Assembly: GCA_003176165.1 (NCBI GenBank)
Contig: PSRQ01000032.1
Location: 1 to 42,926, forward strand
Source: Candidatus Cerribacteria bacterium 'Amazon FNV 2010 28 9'
GTDB taxonomy: Bacteria; Patescibacteriota; Microgenomatia; UBA1400; UBA12028
Direction of reading: 5' to 3'
Length of the DNA stretch: 42,926 nucleotides
Shown: piece by piece, positions 26,611-35,602 of the stretch
Layout: each line of letters starts with the position of its first letter
Position numbering within the stretch: position 1 is the stretch's first letter
Notes under the pieces: model-generated
Databases searched by the model: none
Told to the model about the DNA's origin: nothing
The model's input: only the letters and a program-made list of their open reading frames with translations
Made by a program: the position numbers and the translations under genes

Positions 26611-27096
26611 ATGACCACATTTACTGTTAAAAAAGAAAACGAGCATATTACATTGGATCACTCGGATGAATACCGTATTGAGATCGTGGCTGAAGGGGTG
26701 CAGGTCAAGATCGTCGGGGCATTTGCAACTCATGAAAAAGAGCAGATTGATATTCATTTGACGATTGTGCATAAGGCCGCGCATACGCGAGCCAACACAA
26801 TTCTGAAGGGCGCGGCGTTTGACAACAGTTCGATTCGTTTTTTTGGTCGCATTATCATTGAACCAAATTGTCCGGACACACAATCCTTCTTGGAAGAAAG
26901 AGTGTTGGTGCTTTCAGACAAAGCCAAGGCAGAAACTGTACCGGAACTTGAGATCAAAACTGACGATGTGAAGTGCAGTCATGCAGCAAGTATCAGTCGT
27001 ATCCCCCAAGAACATCTCTTTTATCTCCAGAGTCGCGGGATTCCAAAAGCAAAGGCTGAGGAAATGATTGTGGAGGGTTTTTTGAAACTTGAATAG
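26611..27096 (+). CDS. sufD: Short SufD-like protein (C-terminal SufBD domain only)
   Basis: PELEIKTDDVKCSHAAS and LFYLQSRGI...AEEMIVEGF motifs. Confidence 0.88.
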   Translation: MTTFTVKKENEHITLDHSDEYRIEIVAEGVQVKIVGAFATHEKEQIDIHLTIVHKAAHTRANTILKGAAFDNSSIRFFGRIIIEPNCPDTQSFLEERVLVLSDKAKAETVPELEIKTDDVKCSHAASISRIPQEHLFYLQSRGIPKAKAEEMIVEGFLKLE

Positions 27097-28144
27097 TGAT
27101 ACTATTATTTCCATGGGAAATATTGCTGAGTTTGCCGAACCTCCTTTGCCGATCTATTCTTCTCAAGATCTTGAACGTCGATATCAACGGATAGGAACGT
27201 TGTCAATCTCTGGGGGATTAGGAACCGTAGAAAAAGCTTTGGATATAGAATTGCAACGATTTGTGGCAGTAAAACACCCAACAATAGATCCCTCCTATGA
27301 CGCAAGTGCGATGCAGCGTGAGGCGAAACAGCATGCGAGGGTTGATTCCATCCCTGGTATTGCCAAAATTTATGCATATGGATTAGAAGAAAATGTCCCA
27401 TTCATCGTCATGGAGTGGATTGATGCCCCAACAATCGCGGATCGATTAAAAACAGGAAGCCCCCTTTCTCTTATCGAATCAGTCATGCTCGCGTCAGATA
27501 TGTCTTGGTTGGCTGAAGAGATGGCAAAGCGAGGTGTCATTCATGCTGATTGGAACACTAAGAATGTGTTTTGGTCAAAAGAAAATAGAATCCGACTGGT
27601 CGATTTTGGTATTGCTGTCGGTGTGATCGATCGGCAACAGGGAGCTGCTGGAACGCTGTCGTTTGTTGCTCCTGAGGTTCTCGATCAACGGACTCCAAAC
27701 TTATTTTCCGAACAATGGAGTATTGCTGCTGTTGTCTATGCGAGCCTGGTAGGCAGAGGGCCATTTGATCAACTTGAATCTTCAAGCCTTCCTCTTTTAC
27801 GCGGGAAAATATCAGGAAAAAGAACACGAGATGCAATTATAGAAGGAAAGTACACTCCCTTAGCTAACAATGAGGAGTTTGTTCAACGTCTTCGTAGGAT
27901 AGACGAACCACTCTCGCAGGCACGTGAGCGTGCGCGAGCAATTGATGCAGTTTTTACACAAGTATTTTCTCAAGATTCCAGAGATCGTTTTCCAACCATA
28001 CAAGCTTTTGTACAAGCGCTACAAGATGCATGTGGATTTACCGATGAAGAAATACGAACGCCACGTTTTCCTCTCGAAGAGTCAGATGATCGTGTTCATC
28101 TTGCGCACATAGTCAAAACGTTTTTTCCAAATCAGCGTGAATAA
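27089..28144 (+). CDS. Hanks-type Ser/Thr protein kinase
   Basis: GGLGTV, VAVK, REA, IVMEW, IHADWNTKNV, DFG and GTLSFVAPE motifs. Start uncertain. Confidence 0.88.
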   Translation: MNSDTIISMGNIAEFAEPPLPIYSSQDLERRYQRIGTLSISGGLGTVEKALDIELQRFVAVKHPTIDPSYDASAMQREAKQHARVDSIPGIAKIYAYGLEENVPFIVMEWIDAPTIADRLKTGSPLSLIESVMLASDMSWLAEEMAKRGVIHADWNTKNVFWSKENRIRLVDFGIAVGVIDRQQGAAGTLSFVAPEVLDQRTPNLFSEQWSIAAVVYASLVGRGPFDQLESSSLPLLRGKISGKRTRDAIIEGKYTPLANNEEFVQRLRRIDEPLSQARERARAIDAVFTQVFSQDSRDRFPTIQAFVQALQDACGFTDEEIRTPRFPLEESDDRVHLAHIVKTFFPNQRE

Positions 28145-28147
28145 CTA

Positions 28148-28921
28148 TTAATTTCTCTTTTTCTTTGACTGTTTTTGTGAATTGCTGTTGGGTGCTATGA
28201 AATCAGTGCGAGCAATATTACTTTCGATGCCTGTAATTTCGAGATTATGGTAGACTGTGTGATCCTTACATTCTTTCTTTGTGAATGTTTCAACGGCTGA
28301 CGTGATAACCACGCTTCCTCCATAATCGAGATGTAGTTTTCTGTTTGCAGCAAGTGGAATATCACGATATTCCACAAGTTCGTGATTTTCATCTGAAATA
28401 CGAACATGTGCCACATATTTTGCTTTCGCATCTGCTTCTGGGACCAACACCCCGAATAGATAAGAGAGAAGTCGGGCTTGCTCTGTCGTTATAACGATTA
28501 GCTCTTCTTCACCTTGAATGACTCTAGTGTGTAAGAGAATGCTCGGTTGTGCATCCTCACGAATATGAAGTTCATCGAAAAAGTAAGAAATAAAGGAAGG
28601 CAAAAGGTTTTCCTGGTTTTGAGGTGCAAAAATAATGTCACCAACTGTGGAGTCAATTCCTTCCCAAAATTCATCAGAGTTTTGCTCTTCTATTGCCGCT
28701 TCTTCCCACTTATTGAGTGTATCTATCGCACAGATGAGCGGAACGCAGAAAAAGGGGTCGTATGATTTTAAAATGTCACGAAAAAGATCATCGTTTGCAA
28801 ACGAATCATCGAAGGGAACGGAGTCTTTTGATTTGGGAATGTAGTCGCCTTCAAATTCTGATCGATGATCTGGTTGAAGTGTTTCGGCATCTGCCATAGC
28901 GGCCTTTCTTTTTTCTTTCAT
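28148..28921 (-). CDS. Hypothetical acidic protein
   Basis: 257-aa ORF convergent with the kinase; alternative start at 28897. Confidence 0.65.
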   Translation of the reverse strand: MKEKRKAAMADAETLQPDHRSEFEGDYIPKSKDSVPFDDSFANDDLFRDILKSYDPFFCVPLICAIDTLNKWEEAAIEEQNSDEFWEGIDSTVGDIIFAPQNQENLLPSFISYFFDELHIREDAQPSILLHTRVIQGEEELIVITTEQARLLSYLFGVLVPEADAKAKYVAHVRISDENHELVEYRDIPLAANRKLHLDYGGSVVITSAVETFTKKECKDHTVYHNLEITGIESNIARTDFIAPNSNSQKQSKKKRN

Positions 28922-28930
28922 CCTACACCA

Positions 28931-28960
28931 AAAAAAGAGCCGATGGGAAACCCATCGGCT
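28931..28960 (-). terminator. Intrinsic terminator
   Basis: Minus strand AGCCGATGGG-TTT-CCCATCGGCT-CTTTTTT. Confidence 0.8.
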
Positions 28961-28965
28961 TGTTG

Positions 28966-29295
28966 TTACTCGTTATATGACCATGGCCCACCAGGAACCG
29001 GTGGTTTGAAAGCAGAATGATCAGCGAGCTTAAAGTGCTGTTGCAATGGATGTCTTTTGGCAAATATCCCTGTGGGTGTTTCGTAACACCACAGATATCC
29101 ATCGTTGTCCATTCTCACTGGCCTTTTCCACTCAAGTTGCAGTCCTATCTCTTGTCCTACTTTGTAGTGTAAAAAAGACCGAATAGTAGTGAGTGCGAGT
29201 TCGCGTAGGATGGCATCAATTCCCTTGGGAACGTAACTCTCCAGTTTTTCACGTTCTTCATCAAGCGCGGAACGTAACGCTGGCCATGACGTCAT
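28966..29295 (-). CDS. Hypothetical protein
   Basis: MTSWPALRSAL... with a terminator directly downstream. Confidence 0.55.
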   Translation of the reverse strand: MTSWPALRSALDEEREKLESYVPKGIDAILRELALTTIRSFLHYKVGQEIGLQLEWKRPVRMDNDGYLWCYETPTGIFAKRHPLQQHFKLADHSAFKPPVPGGPWSYNE

Positions 29296-29409
29296 TCTTG
29301 ACTTCTTTTCTCTATCAATACATCCAACGGTGTGTTGAGTATGTACTGTTCGAACGATGTGTTTATTATACACCAGAGAAAGAATTGAGAATTTTGGTAC
29401 AATATACAT

Positions 29410-30672
29410 ATGTTTGATCCGCACATGCTTCAACAAGACTTTCCCATTCTTTCCACGCCGTTAAAAAGTGGGAAAAAGTTGATTTATCTAGACAACGCCG
29501 CCACAAGCCAAAAACCTCAAGTAGTGATCGATGCTATTACTCAGTATTACAAGCGTGACAATGCCAATGTCCATCGTGGTATTCATGAACTTGGTGATCG
29601 ATCTACTCGGAGTTGGCATGAAGCCAGAAAGACAATTGCGACTTTTTTTGGAGCCACTCCAGAGGAATTAGTCATGACGCGCAATACAACTGAAGGGTTA
29701 AACATGGTGGCATATAGTTATGGTGAAGCATGTGTGAGAGAAGGGGACCTCATTCTCACGACCGTCATGGATCATCATAGTAATCAAGTCCCATGGCAGG
29801 AATTGGCACGACGCAAAAAAGCACGACTAGAGATGATCCCAGTAACTAGGGAAGGGATGTTGGATTTGGAATGGCTAGAACGCAAGGTAAAAGTTGAAGG
29901 TGAAAAGGTAAAGATCGTTGCTTTTCCACACGTGTCCAATACCTTGGGGACGCTCAATCCAGTTGAGAAGATTGTTCGCCTTGTTCGTGCGTTTACTAAA
30001 GCGGTTATCGCCCTCGACGCGGCTCAATCGGCTCCGCATTTGCTCATCAATTTTGACAGACTCGGTGTTGATTTCATGGCTGTCTCGGCTCACAAGATGC
30101 TTGGGCCAATGGGAATTGGAGCATTGTTTATTCGCCAATCACTTCTTGAAAACGTCTCACCTTGGTTATTTGGAGGAGGAATGATTGGTGAAGTGACGAA
30201 GGAACGAGCAACATTTGCTGATGATCTTGAAGATCGGTTTACGGCAGGGACACCGGATGTGGCGGGAGCTGTTGGGTGGGCAGCAGCCTGTGAGTATCTC
30301 TCCAAGTTGGATATGAAAAAAGTTGAGCAACATGATAAAGAATTAGTCAACTATACGTTGGAAAAATTACAAGCAATTCCCGAAGTTGAGATTGTTGGAC
30401 CCGTGGAAAGAGTTAAGAGGTATGAGGTAAGAGGTAAGCGTTGTGGTTCCGTGGCATTTTTGTACAAGGGAGTCCACGCCCACGATGTTGCGCAAGTGCT
30501 CGACAGCGAAGGTGTTGCGGTACGCAGTGGGCATCACTGTACGATGCCACTTCATGCTGCGTTTGGATGGGCGGCGACCACACGGGTTAGCTTCAATGTG
30601 TATACGAGTAAAGAAGATATTGATGTATTTGTAAGAGCATTGGGAAAAGTGAAAGAGGTATTTGAGAAATAA
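29410..30672 (+). CDS. sufS: Cysteine desulfurase SufS
   Basis: YLDNAATSQKP, NVHRG, SAHKMLGP (PLP Lys) and RSGHHC motifs. Confidence 0.97.
   Translation: MFDPHMLQQDFPILSTPLKSGKKLIYLDNAATSQKPQVVIDAITQYYKRDNANVHRGIHELGDRSTRSWHEARKTIATFFGATPEELVMTRNTTEGLNMVAYSYGEACVREGDLILTTVMDHHSNQVPWQELARRKKARLEMIPVTREGMLDLEWLERKVKVEGEKVKIVAFPHVSNTLGTLNPVEKIVRLVRAFTKAVIALDAAQSAPHLLINFDRLGVDFMAVSAHKMLGPMGIGALFIRQSLLENVSPWLFGGGMIGEVTKERATFADDLEDRFTAGTPDVAGAVGWAAACEYLSKLDMKKVEQHDKELVNYTLEKLQAIPEVEIVGPVERVKRYEVRGKRCGSVAFLYKGVHAHDVAQVLDSEGVAVRSGHHCTMPLHAAFGWAATTRVSFNVYTSKEDIDVFVRALGKVKEVFEK
30408..30438 (+). repeat. AAGAGGT-type heptamer array inside sufS
   Basis: AAGAGTT AAGAGGT ATGAGGT AAGAGGT AAG. Confidence 0.7.
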
Positions 30673-30695
30673 TGTACAGTTTTATGGATAAAAAA

Positions 30696-30737
30696 ATCCT
30701 GAACAATTGGCTGCTTCGCGCCAGCTTTCAGGATGAC
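30696..30737. repeat. Palindromic element between sufS and sufU
   Basis: ATCCTGAA-N23-TTCAGGAT-GAC; ends like the 22694 element. Confidence 0.55.
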
Positions 30738-30749
30738 AAGACAGGAAAT

Positions 30750-31100
30750 ATGGACGATCTCTATAAAGAAATTATCTTGGATCACTACCACCATCCGCGC
30801 AACGTTGGAAAGTTAGAAGGTGGGCACATTGTTCACGTTCATCTGGCCAATGCTGGATGCGGTGATGTCTTTGATGTCACATATCAAGTTGAAAATGGGA
30901 AAATAGCCAACATTGCCTGGCAGGGAGAAGGGTGTGCGATCAGTACAGCATCAATGAGTTTAGTAAGTGAATGGTTGAAAGGAAAGACACTTGAAGAAGC
31001 GAATGGGCTTGATCAAAAAACCATTCTCTCGTTGTTGGGATTGGATGAAATTGCACCCGTACGCGAAAAATGTGCTTTTCTTCCGTTACAGTTGTGGTAG
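30750..31100 (+). CDS. sufU: SufU/IscU-family scaffold or sulfur-transfer protein
   Basis: LYKEIILDHYHHPRN, CGD, GCAIS and REKCA motifs. Confidence 0.92.
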   Translation: MDDLYKEIILDHYHHPRNVGKLEGGHIVHVHLANAGCGDVFDVTYQVENGKIANIAWQGEGCAISTASMSLVSEWLKGKTLEEANGLDQKTILSLLGLDEIAPVREKCAFLPLQLW

Positions 31101-31358
31101 CTGTTCTTCTTGAGTTTCTTCAACTGGTTGAGCAATGTTGTATGTTACTTTTGCGTCCTTTAACAGAGAAAAAAAAGCAGACGCGACTGCCGGGACAATC
31201 GTATAAATAAGCCATACTTTTTTTTCTCCATTGGAAGTAATTTTTTCCTCGAGATGAGAGCTTTTTGCAAATCGCCGTATCTGAGAAAGGATAATGCTCT
31301 GATCATGTGCTGTGCAGCCGGAGAGTAACATTTGGTACGTTTTGGTTTCAGTAAGCAT
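31086..31358 (-). CDS. Hypothetical protein (90 aa)
   Basis: ORF with GAGGA upstream. Confidence 0.5.
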   Translation of the reverse strand: MLTETKTYQMLLSGCTAHDQSIILSQIRRFAKSSHLEEKITSNGEKKVWLIYTIVPAVASAFFSLLKDAKVTYNIAQPVEETQEEQLPQL

Positions 31359-31367
31359 AGTTTTTCC

Positions 31368-31577
31368 TCAGGCTCTAGTTGATGATAAGTGATGTGCTGC
31401 CAGTAAATTGTTAACGGGGGCACACTGATCTGTATCTGTTGTGTACGCAAGGCGTGTGGGCTTCTTGTCTTTCCCATATTCCAAGTAAAGGATGTGGACA
31501 TAGGGTTGTAATGTAGTCAGCACTTGATCTGGATTTGTATCGTGTAGATCAATAATATATTTTTCTTCATTTGCCAT
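31368..31577 (-). CDS. Hypothetical protein (69 aa)
   Basis: GGGAGGA RBS before MANEEK. Confidence 0.55.
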   Translation of the reverse strand: MANEEKYIIDLHDTNPDQVLTTLQPYVHILYLEYGKDKKPTRLAYTTDTDQCAPVNNLLAAHHLSSTRA

Positions 31578-31777
31578 ATATCCTCCCAACCCAAAAGAAC
31601 TTCACATCTAATGTGAAGGTAGTAAAAAAATAAAAAGACACAAGGAAAAAGAACCTTTCGTACACTCCTTTACGTATAGAGATATTTTCCACCTGGATTT
31701 TGGGCTTGTCAATCCAATTACCAGGAATTTCTCAACTCCAACGTGGTACACTACATTTTGGTTTTACCGTTCCCTAT

Positions 31778-32347
31778 ATGTATATCGCTGTTGGAAGTAC
31801 TAATCAGGTTAAAATTCATGCCGTCATGGCAGGAGTGGAACATATGTGGCCGACCGCTCAAGTGGAGGGGTTTGAAACGTCCAGTGGCGTGAGTGAGCAA
31901 CCAATGACCGATGAAGAAACCAAGATTGGTTCTATGAATCGTGCTATCCAGGCACTCAATATTTTGGAACAGGTCCACGGAGGGACACTCTTCGGACATG
32001 ATGAAATTTTCTTGGGAGTAGGATTGGAAGGTGGAGTTGATCTAACCCCTGATGGCCTCATGAATGTGGTGTGGTGTAGCGTGGTTGACCAGAAAGAAAA
32101 TATGTACTCAACCAGTGGCGCGCGTTTTGTATTACCCAAGATTATTGCGGATCGAATTAGTGCGGGTGAAGAAATGGGACCCGTGATGGACCATCTCGTG
32201 AAAGATGCAAATGTAAAGAAAAAACAGGGAATGATTGGGGTGGTCACTGATGGCTTTTTTAATCGTACCGATGAGTATGCGAGTATCGCACGACTCACAA
32301 TTGGGTTATGGTATGGGAGAACTTGGGAAGAAAAAGTGGGACGATAG
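31778..32347 (+). CDS. yjjX: Non-canonical purine NTP phosphatase (ITP/XTPase, YjjX family)
   Basis: VGSTNQVK, SGVSEQPM, GLEGG, GEEMGPVMD and KKKQGMIG motifs. Confidence 0.88.
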   Translation: MYIAVGSTNQVKIHAVMAGVEHMWPTAQVEGFETSSGVSEQPMTDEETKIGSMNRAIQALNILEQVHGGTLFGHDEIFLGVGLEGGVDLTPDGLMNVVWCSVVDQKENMYSTSGARFVLPKIIADRISAGEEMGPVMDHLVKDANVKKKQGMIGVVTDGFFNRTDEYASIARLTIGLWYGRTWEEKVGR

Positions 32348-32404
32348 AGAGTTATCAACTTTCCCTATGTCTTCTGAGAATGCTTGTTATTATAATGACG
32401 ACTT

Positions 32405-33121
32405 ATGGCTATCTCACAATACACCGCACGTTTGAGTGAAAAAACACAGCTCAATGAAACATATATTTTTTTGCGTTTTGAGTTGCTTTCTCCAGATCGT
32501 ATTGATTTTAGTGCTGGTCAGTATCTTTTGTTAAATACACCCACGACCCCGCAAAAGCGGCAGTACTCGATTGTATCGGCGCCTCGACTTGATCATGCTA
32601 TTGAACTACTAGTTGAAGTCATCCCGAATGGACAAGCAAGTGGGTATCTCAATTCTCTTGCGATTGGAGATGAAGTAACTTTTTATGCTCCTGCTGGTGA
32701 GTTTTTTATTAAACCAGAAGTTATTCAAAGTGATGAACCACTTGTTTTTATTGGTACTGGCTCTGGACTTGCGCCGTTACGGGCAATGATCTTGGATCTC
32801 TTGCGCACTAAAGAATGCAAACGTCCAATTAGGTTGTACTGGGGGATGCGTCATGCGAAAGACCTGTTTTGGTTGGAGGCATTTGAAGAGTTGAAGTCAA
32901 ATTTTCCCAATTTCTCATATCACATTACCATTTCCCAACCAGAGGAGGAGTGGACTCTTTGTAAAGGCCATGTGACGAACTGTCTTTCACTTCATGGTAT
33001 TCCAGAAAATGCTTCGTACTATATTTGCGGAAGTCCTCATATGATTGAGGATGTGATGAAGGTGCTGACTTCGCTTGGAGTCGATGCAGCACACCAACAT
33101 CACGAGAAGTTTACAGTGTAA
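32405..33121 (+). CDS. FAD/NAD(P)-binding ferredoxin reductase-type (FNR-like) oxidoreductase
   Basis: AGQY, RQYSI, GQASGYL, GTGSGLAP and YICGS motifs, ending in EKF. Confidence 0.9.
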   Translation: MAISQYTARLSEKTQLNETYIFLRFELLSPDRIDFSAGQYLLLNTPTTPQKRQYSIVSAPRLDHAIELLVEVIPNGQASGYLNSLAIGDEVTFYAPAGEFFIKPEVIQSDEPLVFIGTGSGLAPLRAMILDLLRTKECKRPIRLYWGMRHAKDLFWLEAFEELKSNFPNFSYHITISQPEEEWTLCKGHVTNCLSLHGIPENASYYICGSPHMIEDVMKVLTSLGVDAAHQHHEKFTV

Positions 33122-33147
33122 AAGTTTTCAATATAGAGAGGACATGT

Positions 33148-33447
33148 ATGAGTGATTCAACAATTCAGCAATCAACCGTCCAGTCGTCTGATATTTCTGT
33201 AGCGCCTGAGGACAAAGCAAAAGGGCCAGGGAAATATCGAGTAAAAGTCAATCGCCCCAAATGTATTGGAGCGGGATCGTGTGTAGCGATTGCTCCCAAA
33301 GTTTTTGGGTTGGATGACAAACAATTGGCGTTTGTCATTTCTGAAGATGAGCTTGATGATATTAAATTATTGGCGGCGCAGAGTTGTCCAACCGCCGCGA
33401 TCATTGTGGAAGATATTGAAACAGGGACGCAAGTATGGCCTCAATAA
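33148..33447 (+). CDS. Single-cluster ferredoxin, predicted [3Fe-4S]
   Basis: CIGAGSC...AAQSCP (CxxAxxC...CP). Confidence 0.88.
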   Translation: MSDSTIQQSTVQSSDISVAPEDKAKGPGKYRVKVNRPKCIGAGSCVAIAPKVFGLDDKQLAFVISEDELDDIKLLAAQSCPTAAIIVEDIETGTQVWPQ

Positions 33448-33501
33448 GAGAGGTATAAACCTTCTTTTGCCTTGTGTTCCCACAGGAGGTATACTAACCA
33501 C

Positions 33502-34134
33502 ATGAAAAATCTTCCGCTTCTTCTTGGATCATTGGCTGTGACGATCATTGCCGTCGTTGGGGTGGCAGTATTTTTTACCAAACAAGCAAATGCTCCTGTG
33601 AAACCAGTAGATGATACGCTCCTTATTTCTCATGCAAAACACAGCGAAGGACCAACTGACGCGAAAGCCACACTGGTCGAATTTTCTGATTTTCAGTGTC
33701 CAGCTTGTGGGGCGGCAGAGCCATATGTTGAACAAATCTTGCAAAAATATCAAGGAAAACTGCGTTTTGTGTATCGTCAATTTCCACTAACGAGCATTCA
33801 TCACAATGCGGCGGCTGCGGCTCGTGTGGCAGAAGCAGCTGATAAACAAGGGAAGTTTTGGCAGATGCATGACCTTCTCTTCCAAAAACAATCTGAGTGG
33901 GCTGATGTGCTGGACCCAACACCCAATTTCTTGAGTTATGCCCAAGTAGTGGGTTTGAATGTTGATCAATTTAAGAAAGATGTTGCCGATAATGTTACCG
34001 ATGCACAAGTCACGATCGATGAAGGCGATGGGAATGCGTTGGGAGTGAATGCCACACCCACGTTCTATGTGAACGGTGTGCAGACGGATTTGACCGCACT
34101 TCAAACGTCTATCGATACCGCACTTGCAAAATAG
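33502..34134 (+). CDS. DsbA/BdbD-like thiol-disulfide oxidoreductase
   Basis: N-terminal anchor, EFSDFQCPAC and cis-Pro ATPTF. Confidence 0.9.
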   Translation: MKNLPLLLGSLAVTIIAVVGVAVFFTKQANAPVKPVDDTLLISHAKHSEGPTDAKATLVEFSDFQCPACGAAEPYVEQILQKYQGKLRFVYRQFPLTSIHHNAAAAARVAEAADKQGKFWQMHDLLFQKQSEWADVLDPTPNFLSYAQVVGLNVDQFKKDVADNVTDAQVTIDEGDGNALGVNATPTFYVNGVQTDLTALQTSIDTALAK

Positions 34135-34144
34135 GAGGAACCCT

Positions 34145-34645
34145 ATGCGTAAAAATGCCTTTGCCATCTTTGTCTTGGTTGGAATAGTGCTTTTGGGTTG
34201 TATTTTGTTCACACACTGGTGGAAAGAACATACTCTGGCACCTTCATCCTCTTTGCAAGCTGCTACACCGACCCCCGTGGCCACATTTTCTCCCGTTGTT
34301 ACCTCGATGTTAGGACGATTGCAACCACTGAAAGGTGATGTTCAAACACAAAGTCTTTTACCTCAAAATGGAAATACGCTTTCTGGGGCGGTGCGATATT
34401 CTTTGGTCGGTGACGTGGTCTCGTTTACTATTCTGGTCGATCCGACGGATGAACCATTAAATGCTTGGTTGGTTTCCAGTGAAGGACAAGTAAACTTAGG
34501 GACACTCCTGCAAAGCAAAGGTGGTTTACTCATCAATGGTCAAGCCAAACAATCTGTTTTCCCGATTCAACTGTATGTGACCAAACAAGGGAAAAAGATT
34601 GATGAGACCGGTGGTGCAGTTCTGCAAGGGAGTATTTCTCTGTAG
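34145..34645 (+). CDS. Hypothetical membrane-anchored protein
   Basis: AGGAGG RBS and an N-terminal TM helix. Confidence 0.65.
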   Translation: MRKNAFAIFVLVGIVLLGCILFTHWWKEHTLAPSSSLQAATPTPVATFSPVVTSMLGRLQPLKGDVQTQSLLPQNGNTLSGAVRYSLVGDVVSFTILVDPTDEPLNAWLVSSEGQVNLGTLLQSKGGLLINGQAKQSVFPIQLYVTKQGKKIDETGGAVLQGSISL

Positions 34646-34743
34646 AGATCACTCTTGACTTGCTTCTCAAGACTCGCTATAGTGAAGCTCACGTACGCCT
34701 GGTACCAGATGGACAGGCAACTAGTACACAGGAGGAGGAGCCA

Positions 34744-34944
34744 ATGGCATACTCATACAAAAATTCAAAAGGACAAACTTATTACCTTCACACCCGTGAT
34801 GTGGTGTTGAAGAATGGTCGCAAGCAAACCATTTTCTTCTTTGCTCGCGATGTCCGTGCCGGTTCGATGGATGATGTTCCAGCTGGATACAAAGTCGTCG
34901 AAACCAAGCGCACCGGTATGCCAGTACTCAAGAAGGCAGCCTAA
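34744..34944 (+). CDS. Small basic protein (66 aa)
   Basis: MAYSYKNSKGQTYYLH...QTIFFF...TGMPVLKK, with a strong GGAGGAGG RBS and a downstream terminator. Confidence 0.75.
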   Translation: MAYSYKNSKGQTYYLHTRDVVLKNGRKQTIFFFARDVRAGSMDDVPAGYKVVETKRTGMPVLKKAA

Positions 34945-34967
34945 TTGTTTGTTGAAATGAAAACGAT

Positions 34968-34994
34968 AAAAGCCCTGGGATCCCAGGGCTTTTT
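34968..34994 (+). terminator. Palindromic intrinsic terminator
   Basis: AAAAGCCCTGGGATCCCAGGGCTTTTT. Confidence 0.75.
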
Positions 34995-35016
34995 GGGAGT
35001 GGGGTACAATACGTAT

Positions 35017-35343
35017 ATGGAATTGACCTCGGACATGGTGTATCAAGAACTGAAAACAGTGCTCGATCCAGAATTGAATATCAATATCGTGGATTTAGGA
35101 CTTGTGTATGATGTAATTGTTAGACCTTCTCTAGAGGAGAAACGCAGCAATGTGAAGATTCTTATGACCTTGACCACTCCAGGATGTCCTTTAGGAACCA
35201 CTATTATCACGATGGTTCGGGATGCTTTGGCCGTTTTTCCAGATCTGAATCCTGAGCGAGATGTGAACGTAGAAATTGTGTTTGATCCTCCGTGGACGAG
35301 CGATATGATGAGTGAAGAAGCGAAGGCGGCGCTGGGATTTTAG
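35017..35343 (+). CDS. sufT: SufT/MIP18 (DUF59) Fe-S maturation protein
   Basis: DPELNINIVDLGLVY, MTLTTPGCP and FDPPW motifs. Confidence 0.9.
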   Translation: MELTSDMVYQELKTVLDPELNINIVDLGLVYDVIVRPSLEEKRSNVKILMTLTTPGCPLGTTIITMVRDALAVFPDLNPERDVNVEIVFDPPWTSDMMSEEAKAALGF

Positions 35344-35369
35344 TTCCGTGATATAATAAATCCTCTGGA

Positions 35370-35444
35370 GCACCCATAGTTTAATGGATAGAATAGCGGT
35401 TTGCGGAACCGTTGATCCAAGTTCGATTCTTGGTGGGTGCACCA
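35370..35444 (+). tRNA. tRNA-Arg(GCG), CCA encoded
   Basis: Acceptor GCACCCA/TGGGTGC, anticodon arm GCGGT-TTGCGGA-ACCGT, T arm CCAAG-TTCGATT-CTTGG. TGaTATAAT lies upstream. Confidence 0.93.
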
Positions 35445-35513
35445 CGGTATTGACTTCGTAAGGGGAGGTGGCTGCGCGGCGTACGCAGCAGTTTCGAATC
35501 CTGTATCGAGTGC

Positions 35514-35602
35514 GGAGGGGTGCCTCGAGTGGTTTATGGGCCAGGTCTCGAAAACCTCGGGGAGGCTTCGCTTCCACATGGGTTCGAATCCCATCCCCTC
35601 CG
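35514..35602 (+). tRNA. tRNA-Ser(CGA)
   Basis: Acceptor GGAGGGG/CCCCTCC, loop CTCGAAA, long variable arm, ATGGG-TTCGAAT-CCCAT, G discriminator. Confidence 0.9.

Noticed and set aside
24103-29409. Integron cassette array explaining the suf inserts
   Set aside because: I could not identify attC-like RYYYAAC...GTTRRRY sites or an integrase, and the inserts are in mixed orientation.
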